Positions 27,337 to 35,722 of a stretch of DNA of 64,000 bases are shown here, piece by piece. Origin of the DNA: Candidatus Onthovivens sp. (GTDB taxonomy: Bacteria; Bacillota_I; Bacilli_A; RFN20; CAG-826); the NCBI GenBank assembly GCA_035270825.1, contig DATESL010000015.1, forward strand, positions 13,529 through 77,528, in the 5' to 3' direction. The position numbers and the translations under genes were made by a program. Each line of letters opens with the position of its first letter. Position 1 is the first letter of the stretch. The notes under the pieces were generated by a model that was not told the origin of the DNA, did no database searches, and worked only from the letters and a program-made list of their open reading frames with translations.

Positions 27337-28150
27337 ACGAATAATTAAAAATAGTCTTAAGAGTTTAATTAAAAGATTTGCAAAAGGAGATTTTGCTAAC
27401 GAGATTTTAACTGATTCGGGAGCTCAGGCTATAATTGATGTTCCACTCGATGAGATGGTTGATAATAAATTTTTAGAATTAGCCCCAGTTAATATTGAAA
27501 CAATCAATTCAATAAAAAAAATTATTAAAGATTCAGGTTTTGGTTATCCATTGCTTGTTAGAAATATTAATAATAAATATGAGGTAATTTCTGGAAGAGC
27601 TAAATACTATGCAAGTAAAGAATTAGGATTAAAAAGAGTCCCTGTTTTAACAAGAAAATTAAACGATGAAGAAGTTTTATTTCTCCTACTTATAAATATG
27701 CGCGAAACAAAAGTTCTTAATTTATATGAATTTGCTTTAGTTGCGGACAAACTTAAAAAAGACTTTCACTATAAAAGTCGTGACATTGCAAACATTATGG
27801 ATTTTTCTGAATCTCAAGTTTCTAATGTCTTACATCTTTTAATTTTACCAAAAAAAATTATTAGTTATTCCTCCACTGGAGAGCTGACTTATGGTCATTT
27901 AAAGGTGATTTCCCGTGTGAATTTGGAATATGTCGAGGAAATAGCTGCTAAAATTATTGATCAAAAACTTAGTGTTCGTCAAAGTGAAGAGTTAGTTAAA
28001 ACTTATAAGAATAAAGAAATTGATACTCCATTTTCTAAGCCTCGTATAGAAGCTAAAGAAAAAAAGATTATTCTTAATTTTGAAAATGATAAAGATTTAG
28101 AGAATGCTTTAAAAAGATTAAACAAACTTATTAAGAGAAAGAAAATTTAG
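27326..28150 (+). CDS. parB: ParB/Spo0J-like partition protein with degenerate CTP-binding boxes
   Basis: ATG at 27326 is preferred over the TTG at 27320 (GGGAG 10 nt upstream). The HTH ([25 protein letters not shown]) and C-terminal dimerisation region align with Spo0J. GERRxRA is replaced by GRAKYYA. Confidence 0.8.
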   Translation: MKSERIIKNSLKSLIKRFAKGDFANEILTDSGAQAIIDVPLDEMVDNKFLELAPVNIETINSIKKIIKDSGFGYPLLVRNINNKYEVISGRAKYYASKELGLKRVPVLTRKLNDEEVLFLLLINMRETKVLNLYEFALVADKLKKDFHYKSRDIANIMDFSESQVSNVLHLLILPKKIISYSSTGELTYGHLKVISRVNLEYVEEIAAKIIDQKLSVRQSEELVKTYKNKEIDTPFSKPRIEAKEKKIILNFENDKDLENALKRLNKLIKRKKI

Positions 28151-28153
28151 TCT

Positions 28154-28810
28154 ATGAGAATTTCTAAATCTAATTTAATAAAAATAATTGCTGCTAGTGG
28201 TGTTTTTGGTGCCCTGGCTACTCTTTTATATTTAGTTCCTGGTTTTCAGTTTCCGATTTTTCCTGGAGTCTCTTTTTTAAAAATTCATTTTGATGAAATT
28301 ATTTGTTTATTTGGATCTTTAGCTTATGGACCTCTAGTTGGTTTTATTACTATTATTATCAAAGGAGTTTTTAAACTCATTACAGATCTTGGAGAAACAG
28401 GGGGAGTAGGTGTCTTATGCGACCTCTTTTATGGTTTTGCTCTTGTTTTACCAGCTGCAATTTATTATAAGTATCATAAAAACTTTAAAGGAGCCTTAAT
28501 TGGTTTAGGAATTGGATTTGTTGTTTACCTAATTAGTACCTGTTTAATTGGTTATTATCTATTTTATCCTTTATATGGATTCTTTTTTAATCCGAGTGCT
28601 TCAAGTTATGAAGAGGCCATGAATACAGTTGCATCCCTTTTTATTGCTGCCGATGGCTCAATTACTGGATGGCAAGATTTTAAAATAATTTATCAATTTA
28701 TTTTGCCTTTTAATCTTATAAAGGGCGGAGTAGTCGTTACTATGACTATTTTGATTTATAAACCATTAAGAGTATTAATAGAGAAAATTAAGCTTAAAAA
28801 GGCAAAATAA
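28154..28810 (+). CDS. ECF transporter S component (RibU-like)
   Basis: Six-TM small membrane protein. LKIHFDEIICLFGSLAYGPLVGFI resembles the LKxDFSDxPxxxxxFxFGP motif of ECF S components. Confidence 0.6.
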   Translation: MRISKSNLIKIIAASGVFGALATLLYLVPGFQFPIFPGVSFLKIHFDEIICLFGSLAYGPLVGFITIIIKGVFKLITDLGETGGVGVLCDLFYGFALVLPAAIYYKYHKNFKGALIGLGIGFVVYLISTCLIGYYLFYPLYGFFFNPSASSYEEAMNTVASLFIAADGSITGWQDFKIIYQFILPFNLIKGGVVVTMTILIYKPLRVLIEKIKLKKAK

Positions 28811-28838
28811 AACCCTTCTTATTTGAAGGGTTTTTTTA
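28809..28838. terminator. Bidirectional terminator (ECF-S gene / ferredoxin gene)
   Basis: AAAACCCTTC-TTATTT-GAAGGGTTTTTTT. Confidence 0.85.
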
Positions 28839-28839
28839 A

Positions 28840-29019
28840 CTATTTAGAAATAGCAGCGACTGGACAATTAGCAATAACATCTTCAACAGCGCCATCATCG
28901 ATTACATCGATAACTTTTGCTTTATTGTCATCATCATAATCAAATGCTTCTGGGTTTGTGTTAATGCATAATCCACAACCGATACAATTTTCTGAGTCGA
29001 TTTTAAGTTTTACAGGCAT
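28840..29019 (-). CDS. Small [4Fe-4S] ferredoxin (59 aa), absent from the ORF track
   Basis: Hand translation of the minus strand gives MPVKLKIDSENCIGCGLCINTNPEAFDYDDDNKAKVIDVIDDGAVEDVIANCPVAAISK. It has CxxCxxC...CP cluster ligands. GGAGG lies 7 nt upstream of the ATG. Confidence 0.85.
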   Translation of the reverse strand: MPVKLKIDSENCIGCGLCINTNPEAFDYDDDNKAKVIDVIDDGAVEDVIANCPVAAISK

Positions 29020-29040
29020 ATAAATTCCTCCACTACTAGT

Positions 29041-29068
29041 AATATAGCAAAGTCTCAGAAAAAATCAA
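29041..29068 (-). promoter_or_regulatory. Sigma-70-type promoter for the ferredoxin gene
   Basis: On the minus strand: TTGATT (29068-29063), a 16-nt spacer, then TATATT (29046-29041). Confidence 0.5.
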
Positions 29069-29088
29069 CTTTTTTACTAATTATTTGA

Positions 29089-29415
29089 GTGATTTATGGT
29101 AAAATATTTAGTGTGGAAAATAAAAAAGAAATAAATCGACAAATTAAATATCAAAATTACCGAAATGAAATAAAATTAGGTAAAATTTTTAGCGACACCA
29201 CTGTTAAGGAAAAAAATATTACGATCGGTAATAGTCACACTCACGATGTAAAAGTGCAGAAAAAAGTCATTAAAAGAAAAACTAATGCTCCAAGTGTCTA
29301 TGATAAATTTCGTAAAAAAGAACAATTTAAAATTTTATGCTATATAAGTCTGGTTACAATTGTTATAATTGCTATTGTTGTTTTAATGGTTTTTATAATT
29401 AAAGGATTATTATGA
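29089..29415 (+). CDS. Hypothetical basic protein with C-terminal membrane anchor
   Basis: ORF with a single C-terminal TM helix (ILCYISLVTIVIIAIVVLMVFII). Stop overlaps the cmk start (ATGA). The start is uncertain: GTG at 29089 or in-frame GTG at 29113, downstream of TGgTAAAAT at 29097-29105. Confidence 0.45.
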   Translation: MIYGKIFSVENKKEINRQIKYQNYRNEIKLGKIFSDTTVKEKNITIGNSHTHDVKVQKKVIKRKTNAPSVYDKFRKKEQFKILCYISLVTIVIIAIVVLMVFIIKGLL

Positions 29416-30083
29416 TAAAAAAAGGAAAAAGTATAGCTATTGACGGACCAAGCGCAAGCGGTAAGTCAACTGTTGCAAAAATTATTGCTAAAAGACTAGA
29501 GTTTATTTATATCGATACTGGTGCTATGTATCGCGCTTTTACTTTGGGAGTTATCAATGCAGGACTTGATCCTAAAAATGAAGAAGAAGCTAATAGTTTA
29601 ATTAAAAAGTTAAAGATTAGATTTAATAGAGATAATTTAGTGACATTAAATGGGGTTGATGTTAGTCAACGAATTAGAGAAAACGACGTTGCTGATAATG
29701 TTTCCTATATTGCTAGTTATAAAAATATTCGTTTATCGCTTGTTGAAGTTCAAAGATATATTGCCCGTCATAATAATGTTGTGATGGATGGAAGAGATAT
29801 TGGAACTTATGTTTTAAAAGATTCTGATGTTAAGATCTATTTAATTGCTGATGTCGAAGAGCGTGCTAAAAGAAGATTTTTAGAAAATAAAGAAAAAGGT
29901 TATGACACTTCTCTTGAGTTGTGTTTAGAAAATATTCAAAAAAGAGATTTTATTGATTCACATCGATCATTTTGCCCTTTAAAACCGGCCGAAGATAGTA
30001 TTCAAGTTAATACAACTGCAATGACCATTGAAGAAGTAGTAACAAAAATCATCTCTATTTGTCAGGAAAAAGGTATTCAATAA
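29412..30083 (+). CDS. cmk: Cytidylate kinase
   Basis: P-loop IAIDGPSASGKST and IDTGAMYRA motifs. Confidence 0.95.
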   Translation: MIKKGKSIAIDGPSASGKSTVAKIIAKRLEFIYIDTGAMYRAFTLGVINAGLDPKNEEEANSLIKKLKIRFNRDNLVTLNGVDVSQRIRENDVADNVSYIASYKNIRLSLVEVQRYIARHNNVVMDGRDIGTYVLKDSDVKIYLIADVEERAKRRFLENKEKGYDTSLELCLENIQKRDFIDSHRSFCPLKPAEDSIQVNTTAMTIEEVVTKIISICQEKGIQ

Positions 30084-31393
30084 TGAAAAAAGGATTAGTC
30101 GCGATTGTTGGTTCACCAAGTGTTGGTAAATCCACGATTTTTAATCGTATTATCGGTGAGAAAAAAGCAATCATCGAACCTCAACGCGGAGTAACAAGAG
30201 ATCGTCTCTATTCAGAGGCTACTTGGTTAACACGTTCTTTTAATATTGTTGATACGGGTGGGATTGAATTAGAAAATAAACCATTTCAAGCTGAAATTAG
30301 AATGCAGGCTGAAATTGCGATTCGTGAAGCGGATATTATTTTATTTGTTGTTGATGGTCAAATTGGATTAAGTGATGATGATAAGGTCGTTGCTTCAATG
30401 CTTCATAAATCCGATAAGAAAGTTATTTTAGCTGTTAATAAGATTGATGATATTGCAAATCTTGATCAAATATATGAATTTTATAATTTAGGAATTGGTG
30501 ATCCAATTGCTTGTAGTGGGGAACACGGGATTGGGATTGGTGACATTCTTGATGAAATTATTAAATTTTTACCAGAGATTGAGGAAGAAGAATATGATGA
30601 TAATCAAATTCATTTCTGTTTGATTGGGCGTCCTAACGTTGGTAAATCGTCATTAACAAATGCTCTTTTAAATGAAGACCGTGTTATTGTTTCTGATATT
30701 TCAGGAACGACACGTGATTCAATTGATACTCCTTTTGTCAAGGATGGCAAAAATTATGTGGCAATTGATACTGCTGGTTTAAAAAAACGCGGGAAGATTT
30801 ATGAATCAATTGATAAATATGCTGCTCTTAGAGCTTTAAGAGCAATTGATAAATCAGATGTGGCAATTCTTTTAATTGATGCTTCACAGGGCATCATTGA
30901 ACAAGATAAACACGTTGTTGGTTATGCCATGGATGCTAAAAAGGCAATAATCTTAGTTGTTAATAAATGGGATTTAGGGGTTAAAAAAGGTTTAACTCAA
31001 AAAGAGTTTATTGAAGATATTCGAAAACAATTTAAATTTTTAGATTATGTGCCAATTATTTTTACAAGCGCAATTAGCGGTAAAAACGTAAACTCAATCT
31101 TTAAATTTATTAATAAAGTGTATGAATCATATACTTATCAAATTAAGACTTCAGCTTTAAACGTGATTATTCAAGAAGCACAATTAATGAATGAAACACC
31201 AATGTTTAATGGTGGTCGTTTAAGAATTTATTTTGGGCAACAAGTCTCCTCAAAACCAGTTGGGATTGCTCTATTTTGTAATGATCCACTCTATATGCAT
31301 TTTTCTTATTTAAGATATATCGAAAATAAAATTCGTGACTCCTTTGCTCTTGTGGGTTCACCAATTAATCTAATTCTTAGAAAAAGAAAATAA
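30083..31393 (+). CDS. der: Ribosome-associated GTPase Der (EngA)
   Basis: Start moved to the ATG at 30083 (MKKGLVAIVGSPSVGKST), a TAATG overlap with cmk. Two tandem GTPase domains (GSPSVGKS, GRPNVGKS) plus a KH-like C-terminus. Confidence 0.95.
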   Translation: MKKGLVAIVGSPSVGKSTIFNRIIGEKKAIIEPQRGVTRDRLYSEATWLTRSFNIVDTGGIELENKPFQAEIRMQAEIAIREADIILFVVDGQIGLSDDDKVVASMLHKSDKKVILAVNKIDDIANLDQIYEFYNLGIGDPIACSGEHGIGIGDILDEIIKFLPEIEEEEYDDNQIHFCLIGRPNVGKSSLTNALLNEDRVIVSDISGTTRDSIDTPFVKDGKNYVAIDTAGLKKRGKIYESIDKYAALRALRAIDKSDVAILLIDASQGIIEQDKHVVGYAMDAKKAIILVVNKWDLGVKKGLTQKEFIEDIRKQFKFLDYVPIIFTSAISGKNVNSIFKFINKVYESYTYQIKTSALNVIIQEAQLMNETPMFNGGRLRIYFGQQVSSKPVGIALFCNDPLYMHFSYLRYIENKIRDSFALVGSPINLILRKRK

Positions 31394-31397
31394 AAAG

Positions 31398-31425
31398 TAG
31401 ACAATTACGCACTATTTGTTATAAT
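31398..31425 (+). promoter_or_regulatory. Promoter of hup
   Basis: TAGACA, a 16-nt spacer, then TGtTATAAT (extended -10). Confidence 0.6.
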
Positions 31426-31471
31426 TTTAATATATGAATATATTTTCATGTACACTTAGGAGGAAGTTTTT

Positions 31472-31744
31472 ATGAATAAAGCTGAATTAGTAGTTGCTGT
31501 TTCAGAAACTACACAAGTCTCAAAAAAAGAAGCCGAAAAAATTATCGAAGTTGTTTTTGAAGAAATTGGTCATGCTTTAGAGCAAGGTGAAGTTGTTAAA
31601 GTATCTGGTTTTGGAACTTTTCAAGTTAAAGATAGAAAAGCAAGAATTGGTACCAGCCCTGTAACAGGACAAAAAATTAATATCCCTGCTACAAAGGCAA
31701 TTGGATTTAAAGCTTCTAAAAACCTTAAAGAATTAATTAAATAG
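31472..31744 (+). CDS. hup: DNA-binding protein HU
   Basis: 90 aa. MNKAELV...GFGTFQVKDRKARIGTSPVTGQKINIPA is the canonical HU arm. AGGAGG SD upstream. Confidence 0.95.
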   Translation: MNKAELVVAVSETTQVSKKEAEKIIEVVFEEIGHALEQGEVVKVSGFGTFQVKDRKARIGTSPVTGQKINIPATKAIGFKASKNLKELIK

Positions 31745-31758
31745 TTTTTTAAAAATAA

Positions 31759-31790
31759 AGGAATTAGATATGAACTAATTCCTTTTTTTT
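31759..31790 (+). terminator. Rho-independent terminator of hup
   Basis: AGGAATTAG-N7-CTAATTCCT followed by T8. Confidence 0.85.
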
Positions 31791-31803
31791 ATATAATTAA
31801 AAT

Positions 31804-32427
31804 ATGAATGAAATATTTGATTTTTTAAAAACAATTTTTAACGAACACTCCTATCGTTTATATATGATCGGGGGGACAAGTCGTGATTATTTGTTAGGAC
31901 TTGAGATTAAAGATTATGATTTTGTAACTGATGCAACTCCTCTTGAGATTACATCCTTTTTAAATGTTGATTTAACTTTTGCAAAATATGGGGCAACACG
32001 CTATAAATATCGTGATTTAAAGATTGATATTACAACTTTAAGAATTGAAGGGGATTATAAAGATTCTCGTCATCCAAGTTTTATTAGGTTTATAAAAGAT
32101 ATTGAAAAAGACTATTTACGTCGAGATTTTACTCTTAATGCTATTTATATTGATGAAGAATATAATGTCCTTGATCCATCTTTAATGGGAGTTAAGGATT
32201 TAAAAAATAAAGAACTACGTTTTATAGGAGACCCTTTAAAAAGAATTAAAGAAGATCCTTTAAGAATCCTTCGTGGACAAAGATTTGCTCAAATCTATGG
32301 GTTAAAAATATCTCCTGAATTAGATAAACTCTTTTTGGACAATTTCTATTTGCTTGAGACCATTAATAAAGATAAAATAAGTGAAGAAGAAGCTAAATTA
32401 AAGAAAGGGTTAACTAAAAATGATTAA
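31804..32427 (+). CDS. Truncated tRNA nucleotidyltransferase / poly(A) polymerase-family protein (head + neck only)
   Basis: Motif A GGTSRDYLLGLEIKDYDF, motif B RRDFTLNA and motif D EDPLRILRGQRF are present. The protein ends about 40 aa after motif D (207 aa). Confidence 0.7.
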   Translation: MNEIFDFLKTIFNEHSYRLYMIGGTSRDYLLGLEIKDYDFVTDATPLEITSFLNVDLTFAKYGATRYKYRDLKIDITTLRIEGDYKDSRHPSFIRFIKDIEKDYLRRDFTLNAIYIDEEYNVLDPSLMGVKDLKNKELRFIGDPLKRIKEDPLRILRGQRFAQIYGLKISPELDKLFLDNFYLLETINKDKISEEEAKLKKGLTKND

Positions 32428-32998
32428 AGATAACATCCAAGCATTCAATCTATCTTATATTTTGCTTGAATACTATAAAGAATTAAATATTGATGAATAT
32501 GAATTAGCAGTTATTTTAATGACCGACCATCTTATTTCGCAAGGAAATACTTTTATTGATAATAAGACCCTCTCTTTAAAAATGAAGTTAGAACTTCATG
32601 ATATTGATCTTGTAATTACTAATCTTTATAAGAAAAGATTAATTACAATGAAAAAAACCCAAAGTGGCATGACAACATCTTTAGAACCTCTTTATAAACT
32701 ATTAATGAAACATTTTAAAGATTCGATGTTTACCAGCGAGGAACAAGCTGCCAGAGAAGAACAAGAAGCAGTCCGTGAAAGAATTTATGAAGAATATAAA
32801 GAAGCTTTTGAACGCGATTTAACACCAATTGAGGTTTCACGTATTGAAGAGTGGATTCAAGGTGGGGTTAGCGCTCAAATTTTGTCTGATTCTTTGAAAG
32901 ATGCCAAGAAAACAAAGAATTTTTCTTTTTATACAATTGATAAATTCGTAACAAAGAAGACCAAAGAGGAAGATAATTTTGGCAATACTCTCGAATAA
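32420..32998 (+). CDS. dnaD: DnaD-domain replication initiation/remodelling protein
   Basis: The C-terminal FERDLTPIEVSRIEEWIQGGVSAQILSDSLKDA fits the DnaD/DnaB_2 domain. The conserved dnaD-nth adjacency is known from Bacillus. Confidence 0.7.
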   Translation: MIKDNIQAFNLSYILLEYYKELNIDEYELAVILMTDHLISQGNTFIDNKTLSLKMKLELHDIDLVITNLYKKRLITMKKTQSGMTTSLEPLYKLLMKHFKDSMFTSEEQAAREEQEAVRERIYEEYKEAFERDLTPIEVSRIEEWIQGGVSAQILSDSLKDAKKTKNFSFYTIDKFVTKKTKEEDNFGNTLE

Positions 32999-33644
32999 GA
33001 AAAAAGCTGATATAATCAGCTTTTTAAATAAGGAATATCCTAATGTTAAGTGTGAATTAAACTATCACAGCGATTATGAGTTTTTAATTGCCGTGGTTTT
33101 AAGTGCTCAGTGTACTGATAAAAAAGTAAATAGTGTTACGCCAATGCTTTTTAAACATTTTAATTCATTAAGAAGTTTAAATAAAGCCAGCTATGAAGAG
33201 ATTGAAGAAATCATTAGACCTTTAGGGTTATCAAAAAATAAAGCTTTAGCGATTATTGATATAACAGATAAACTTCTTAATAAATATAACTCAAAAATGC
33301 CTTCAATTCGTGAAGATCTTATGAGTTTCAAGGGGGTCGGGTTTAAAACTGCTAACCTTGTTCGAGCAGAGATATTCCTCATTCCAGAGTTTCCAGTTGA
33401 TACCCATGTCTTTAGAATATCAAAGAGATTAGCAATATCTAAAGAAGAAGCAAATACTTTACACGTGGAAAGAGATTTACATAATTTTTTCGATGAAGAA
33501 GATTGGATAAGATTTCATCATCAATTTATTCATTTTGGAAGGGGGCTTTGTAAAGCTCAAAACCCAGATTGTGAGAAGTGTGGACTTAGAAAATATTGTA
33601 ATTATTATCAAAATAAAGATAAACTATCTAAAACTGTTAAATAA
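32979..33644 (+). CDS. nth: Endonuclease III
   Basis: TTG start with AAGAGGAAG upstream. HhH-GPD region (LMSFKGVGFKTANLV), catalytic DTHVFR, and the Fe-S cluster loop CKAQNPDCEKCGLRKYC. Confidence 0.9.
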   Translation: MAILSNKKKADIISFLNKEYPNVKCELNYHSDYEFLIAVVLSAQCTDKKVNSVTPMLFKHFNSLRSLNKASYEEIEEIIRPLGLSKNKALAIIDITDKLLNKYNSKMPSIREDLMSFKGVGFKTANLVRAEIFLIPEFPVDTHVFRISKRLAISKEEANTLHVERDLHNFFDEEDWIRFHHQFIHFGRGLCKAQNPDCEKCGLRKYCNYYQNKDKLSKTVK

Positions 33645-34168
33645 TCTAGAGGTGGATTAATTGTCCTTTTTATTAAGTATCCTTTTTCTTCAATTTCTTT
33701 AAAACTAATTGATGATCTAGGAGTTAAGTCTAAGTAAGTAACTAAATCTTTCACTAAATATAAATAATACTCATTTTTAACTTCCAAATAGAAAATAATA
33801 AAAGCTATTCCACCGTGTTGGTGGACTTTTTTTAGATGTTCTAATTGAAACTCTGGTAAGTTAGATAAAGGAAAAGATGTTTTATTTTTCGTTGTTTTAG
33901 CTTCAAAATCAATATATTTTCCTTTATAGATTCCATTATAATCAGTTGTTGATTTTCGCTCAAAAAAGGCCTCTGTTATCAGATTATTATTTAATTTTGT
34001 AATATGGATTGGCGTTGGTTTTTTATAAATTAGAGCGAGGTCTTTTTCTTTATAATATAGATTGGTTTTATTTATTTCATCCTCAAGTAATAAACCACGG
34101 TTAATGGCATTATAAGGATTTTTTGTTTTGTTTTTACTTATTAAATTGTTATGAGGATATTTAATCAT
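33608..34168 (-). CDS. recU: Holliday junction resolvase RecU
   Basis: NRGLLLEDEINKTNLYY, KKPTPIHI, DYNGIYKGKYIDFEAKTT match RecU signatures. The 3' end overlaps nth by 37 nt. Confidence 0.85.
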   Translation of the reverse strand: MIKYPHNNLISKNKTKNPYNAINRGLLLEDEINKTNLYYKEKDLALIYKKPTPIHITKLNNNLITEAFFERKSTTDYNGIYKGKYIDFEAKTTKNKTSFPLSNLPEFQLEHLKKVHQHGGIAFIIFYLEVKNEYYLYLVKDLVTYLDLTPRSSISFKEIEEKGYLIKRTINPPLDYLTVLDSLSLF

Positions 34169-34890
34169 TTAAGATCCTCATCGATAAATTTAACATATTC
34201 TTCTTTTGAGCAATTACCAGTTGTATTAATTTGATTAATAGCTTTTTTAATTGGAGATGGTAATTTAGGATTAATAGCTAAAACTTTTAAGTATTCGTTT
34301 TTGACAATCCCTCGTTCAGTTATAAAGGCATCAAAAAGGTTACGTAAATTAATTGCATCATAAATTGGATCATGAGGAGTGCCTTCAATATTTAAATGAA
34401 AGATTTTAACTGCATCTAGTAAAGAAAGTTGTTCATTTCTTGAACTGCGAACAAAACGAGACAAAACATTTGCAAAGTCGATATCGTTTTTAAATATACT
34501 GTTAATAAATTCATCTTCATTTAAATCGTTGATATTAGCAGAAGTATGGAGCAAACGCATATCAAAATTACCATATTGAATGTATTTAGTTTTATTAACT
34601 TCTCTTCCAACATATTTTCTTAATCTTTCAATCGCAGTTGAAAAAGAAATTCCTTGTTCAATTAATAAATAATCAGTAATTCCGGTTAAACGAGTTACGA
34701 TTGGTCCAACCTCCCCACCACATTTAACAAAGACCTTAAAAGGTTTAGCAGATTTTTTAATATTATTCTTTTTATCTAAATAACATTTGATCGCACCAAT
34801 GGCAATAATTTCTTGTGAAAATTGGCTGCCTTCAAAATCAATAAAGACTACAACCTTATAATCATTCAAAAGGGTATTAATATATTTCAT
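34165..34890 (-). CDS. DEDD-family 3'-5' exonuclease (KapD/DnaQ-like)
   Basis: ExoI-like VFIDFEGS and a C-terminal H-x4-D (PHDPIYDA). ATGA overlap with recU. Confidence 0.65.
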   Translation of the reverse strand: MKYINTLLNDYKVVVFIDFEGSQFSQEIIAIGAIKCYLDKKNNIKKSAKPFKVFVKCGGEVGPIVTRLTGITDYLLIEQGISFSTAIERLRKYVGREVNKTKYIQYGNFDMRLLHTSANINDLNEDEFINSIFKNDIDFANVLSRFVRSSRNEQLSLLDAVKIFHLNIEGTPHDPIYDAINLRNLFDAFITERGIVKNEYLKVLAINPKLPSPIKKAINQINTTGNCSKEEYVKFIDEDLK

Positions 34891-34939
34891 ATATCATAAG
34901 TATAATATAAAAGGCTTGGTAAATACAATCATTGTCTGT

Positions 34940-34968
34940 TTGATAATTATCTTTAATTTAGGTATAAT
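34940..34968 (+). promoter_or_regulatory. Promoter of gpsB (and probably rnpB)
   Basis: TTGATA, a 17-nt spacer, then TATAAT. Confidence 0.6.
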
Positions 34969-34992
34969 ATGAGACACTAGGGGAATTCATTT

Positions 34993-35349
34993 ATGAAATT
35001 TAAATTAAAGGAAGAAGATATTTTAAACAAGAAATTTAAAGCCAATGTCAAAGGCTATGATTGTGATGAAGTAGATGCTTTTTTAGATTTAGTTTTAAGT
35101 GATTATAATTTGATAAATGAACTAGATAATTCTCTTGATGATCAACTTATTACTTTGAAGCGAGATAACGAAGGGCTTAAAGCTCAAATTCGTGATCTTG
35201 AACAAAAACTGGAATTGATCTCGGCTGGATTTAAGGTTGATTCCAATGGCGTCTACTCATCTTTAGATAATTTAGAATTGTTACAAAGATGTGGACGTTA
35301 TGAGAAAAAGCTTTATGATTTAGGTGTTAATCCTAGTAAAATTAAATAG
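34993..35349 (+). CDS. gpsB: DivIVA-domain cell-cycle protein GpsB
   Basis: ILNKKFKANVKGYDCDEVDAFLDLV is the DivIVA/GpsB N-terminal lipid/PBP-binding domain. The position next to recU and rnpB matches Bacillus. Confidence 0.8.
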   Translation: MKFKLKEEDILNKKFKANVKGYDCDEVDAFLDLVLSDYNLINELDNSLDDQLITLKRDNEGLKAQIRDLEQKLELISAGFKVDSNGVYSSLDNLELLQRCGRYEKKLYDLGVNPSKIK

Positions 35350-35698
35350 ACATCAGCCTATACAATCGCTGACTTTAATAGTTAGAGGAAAGTCCATGCT
35401 CGCACAATCTGTAATGATTGTAGTGATTATGCTAGTTGAAAAAATAAGACTAGGTACTTTCGTGAGAGAGTAACGGCAAATCATTATCCTAAGGATTTAT
35501 CTATGGATAATGATTTCTAAAGTGCCACAGTGACGAACTTTTGAGAAATTAAAAGCATGAAACGTTGGTAAACCCCATAAGCGAGAAACCCAAAATTGGT
35601 AGGGGAAGTTGATAAAAAGAACTAAAATTTTTATCGGCAGGTAGCAATACCTAGATTAATGATTGTATAAAACAGAACATGGCTTACGGGCTGATATC
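35350..35698 (+). ncRNA. rnpB: RNase P RNA (bacterial, probably type B)
   Basis: Universally conserved GAGGAAAGTCCATGCTCGCAC near the 5' end and ACAGAACATGGCTTAC near the 3' end. P1 pairing of ATCAGCC (35352-35358) with GGCTGAT (35689-35695). Confidence 0.9.
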
Positions 35699-35722
35699 TC
35701 ACACTTAAAAAGGAATTTTAAT

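Noticed and set aside
24044-28150. mnmG-rsmG-parA-parB as evidence that oriC is in this window
   Set aside because: There is no dnaA, dnaN, rpmH or rnpA gene, and I saw no cluster of DnaA boxes (TTATCCACA). Isolated near-matches such as ATATCCACG occur only inside genes near 1565 and 1790.
28151-28153. Riboswitch (FMN or other) upstream of the RibU-like ECF S-component
   Set aside because: Only 3 nt separate it from parB, so there is no room for a leader RNA.
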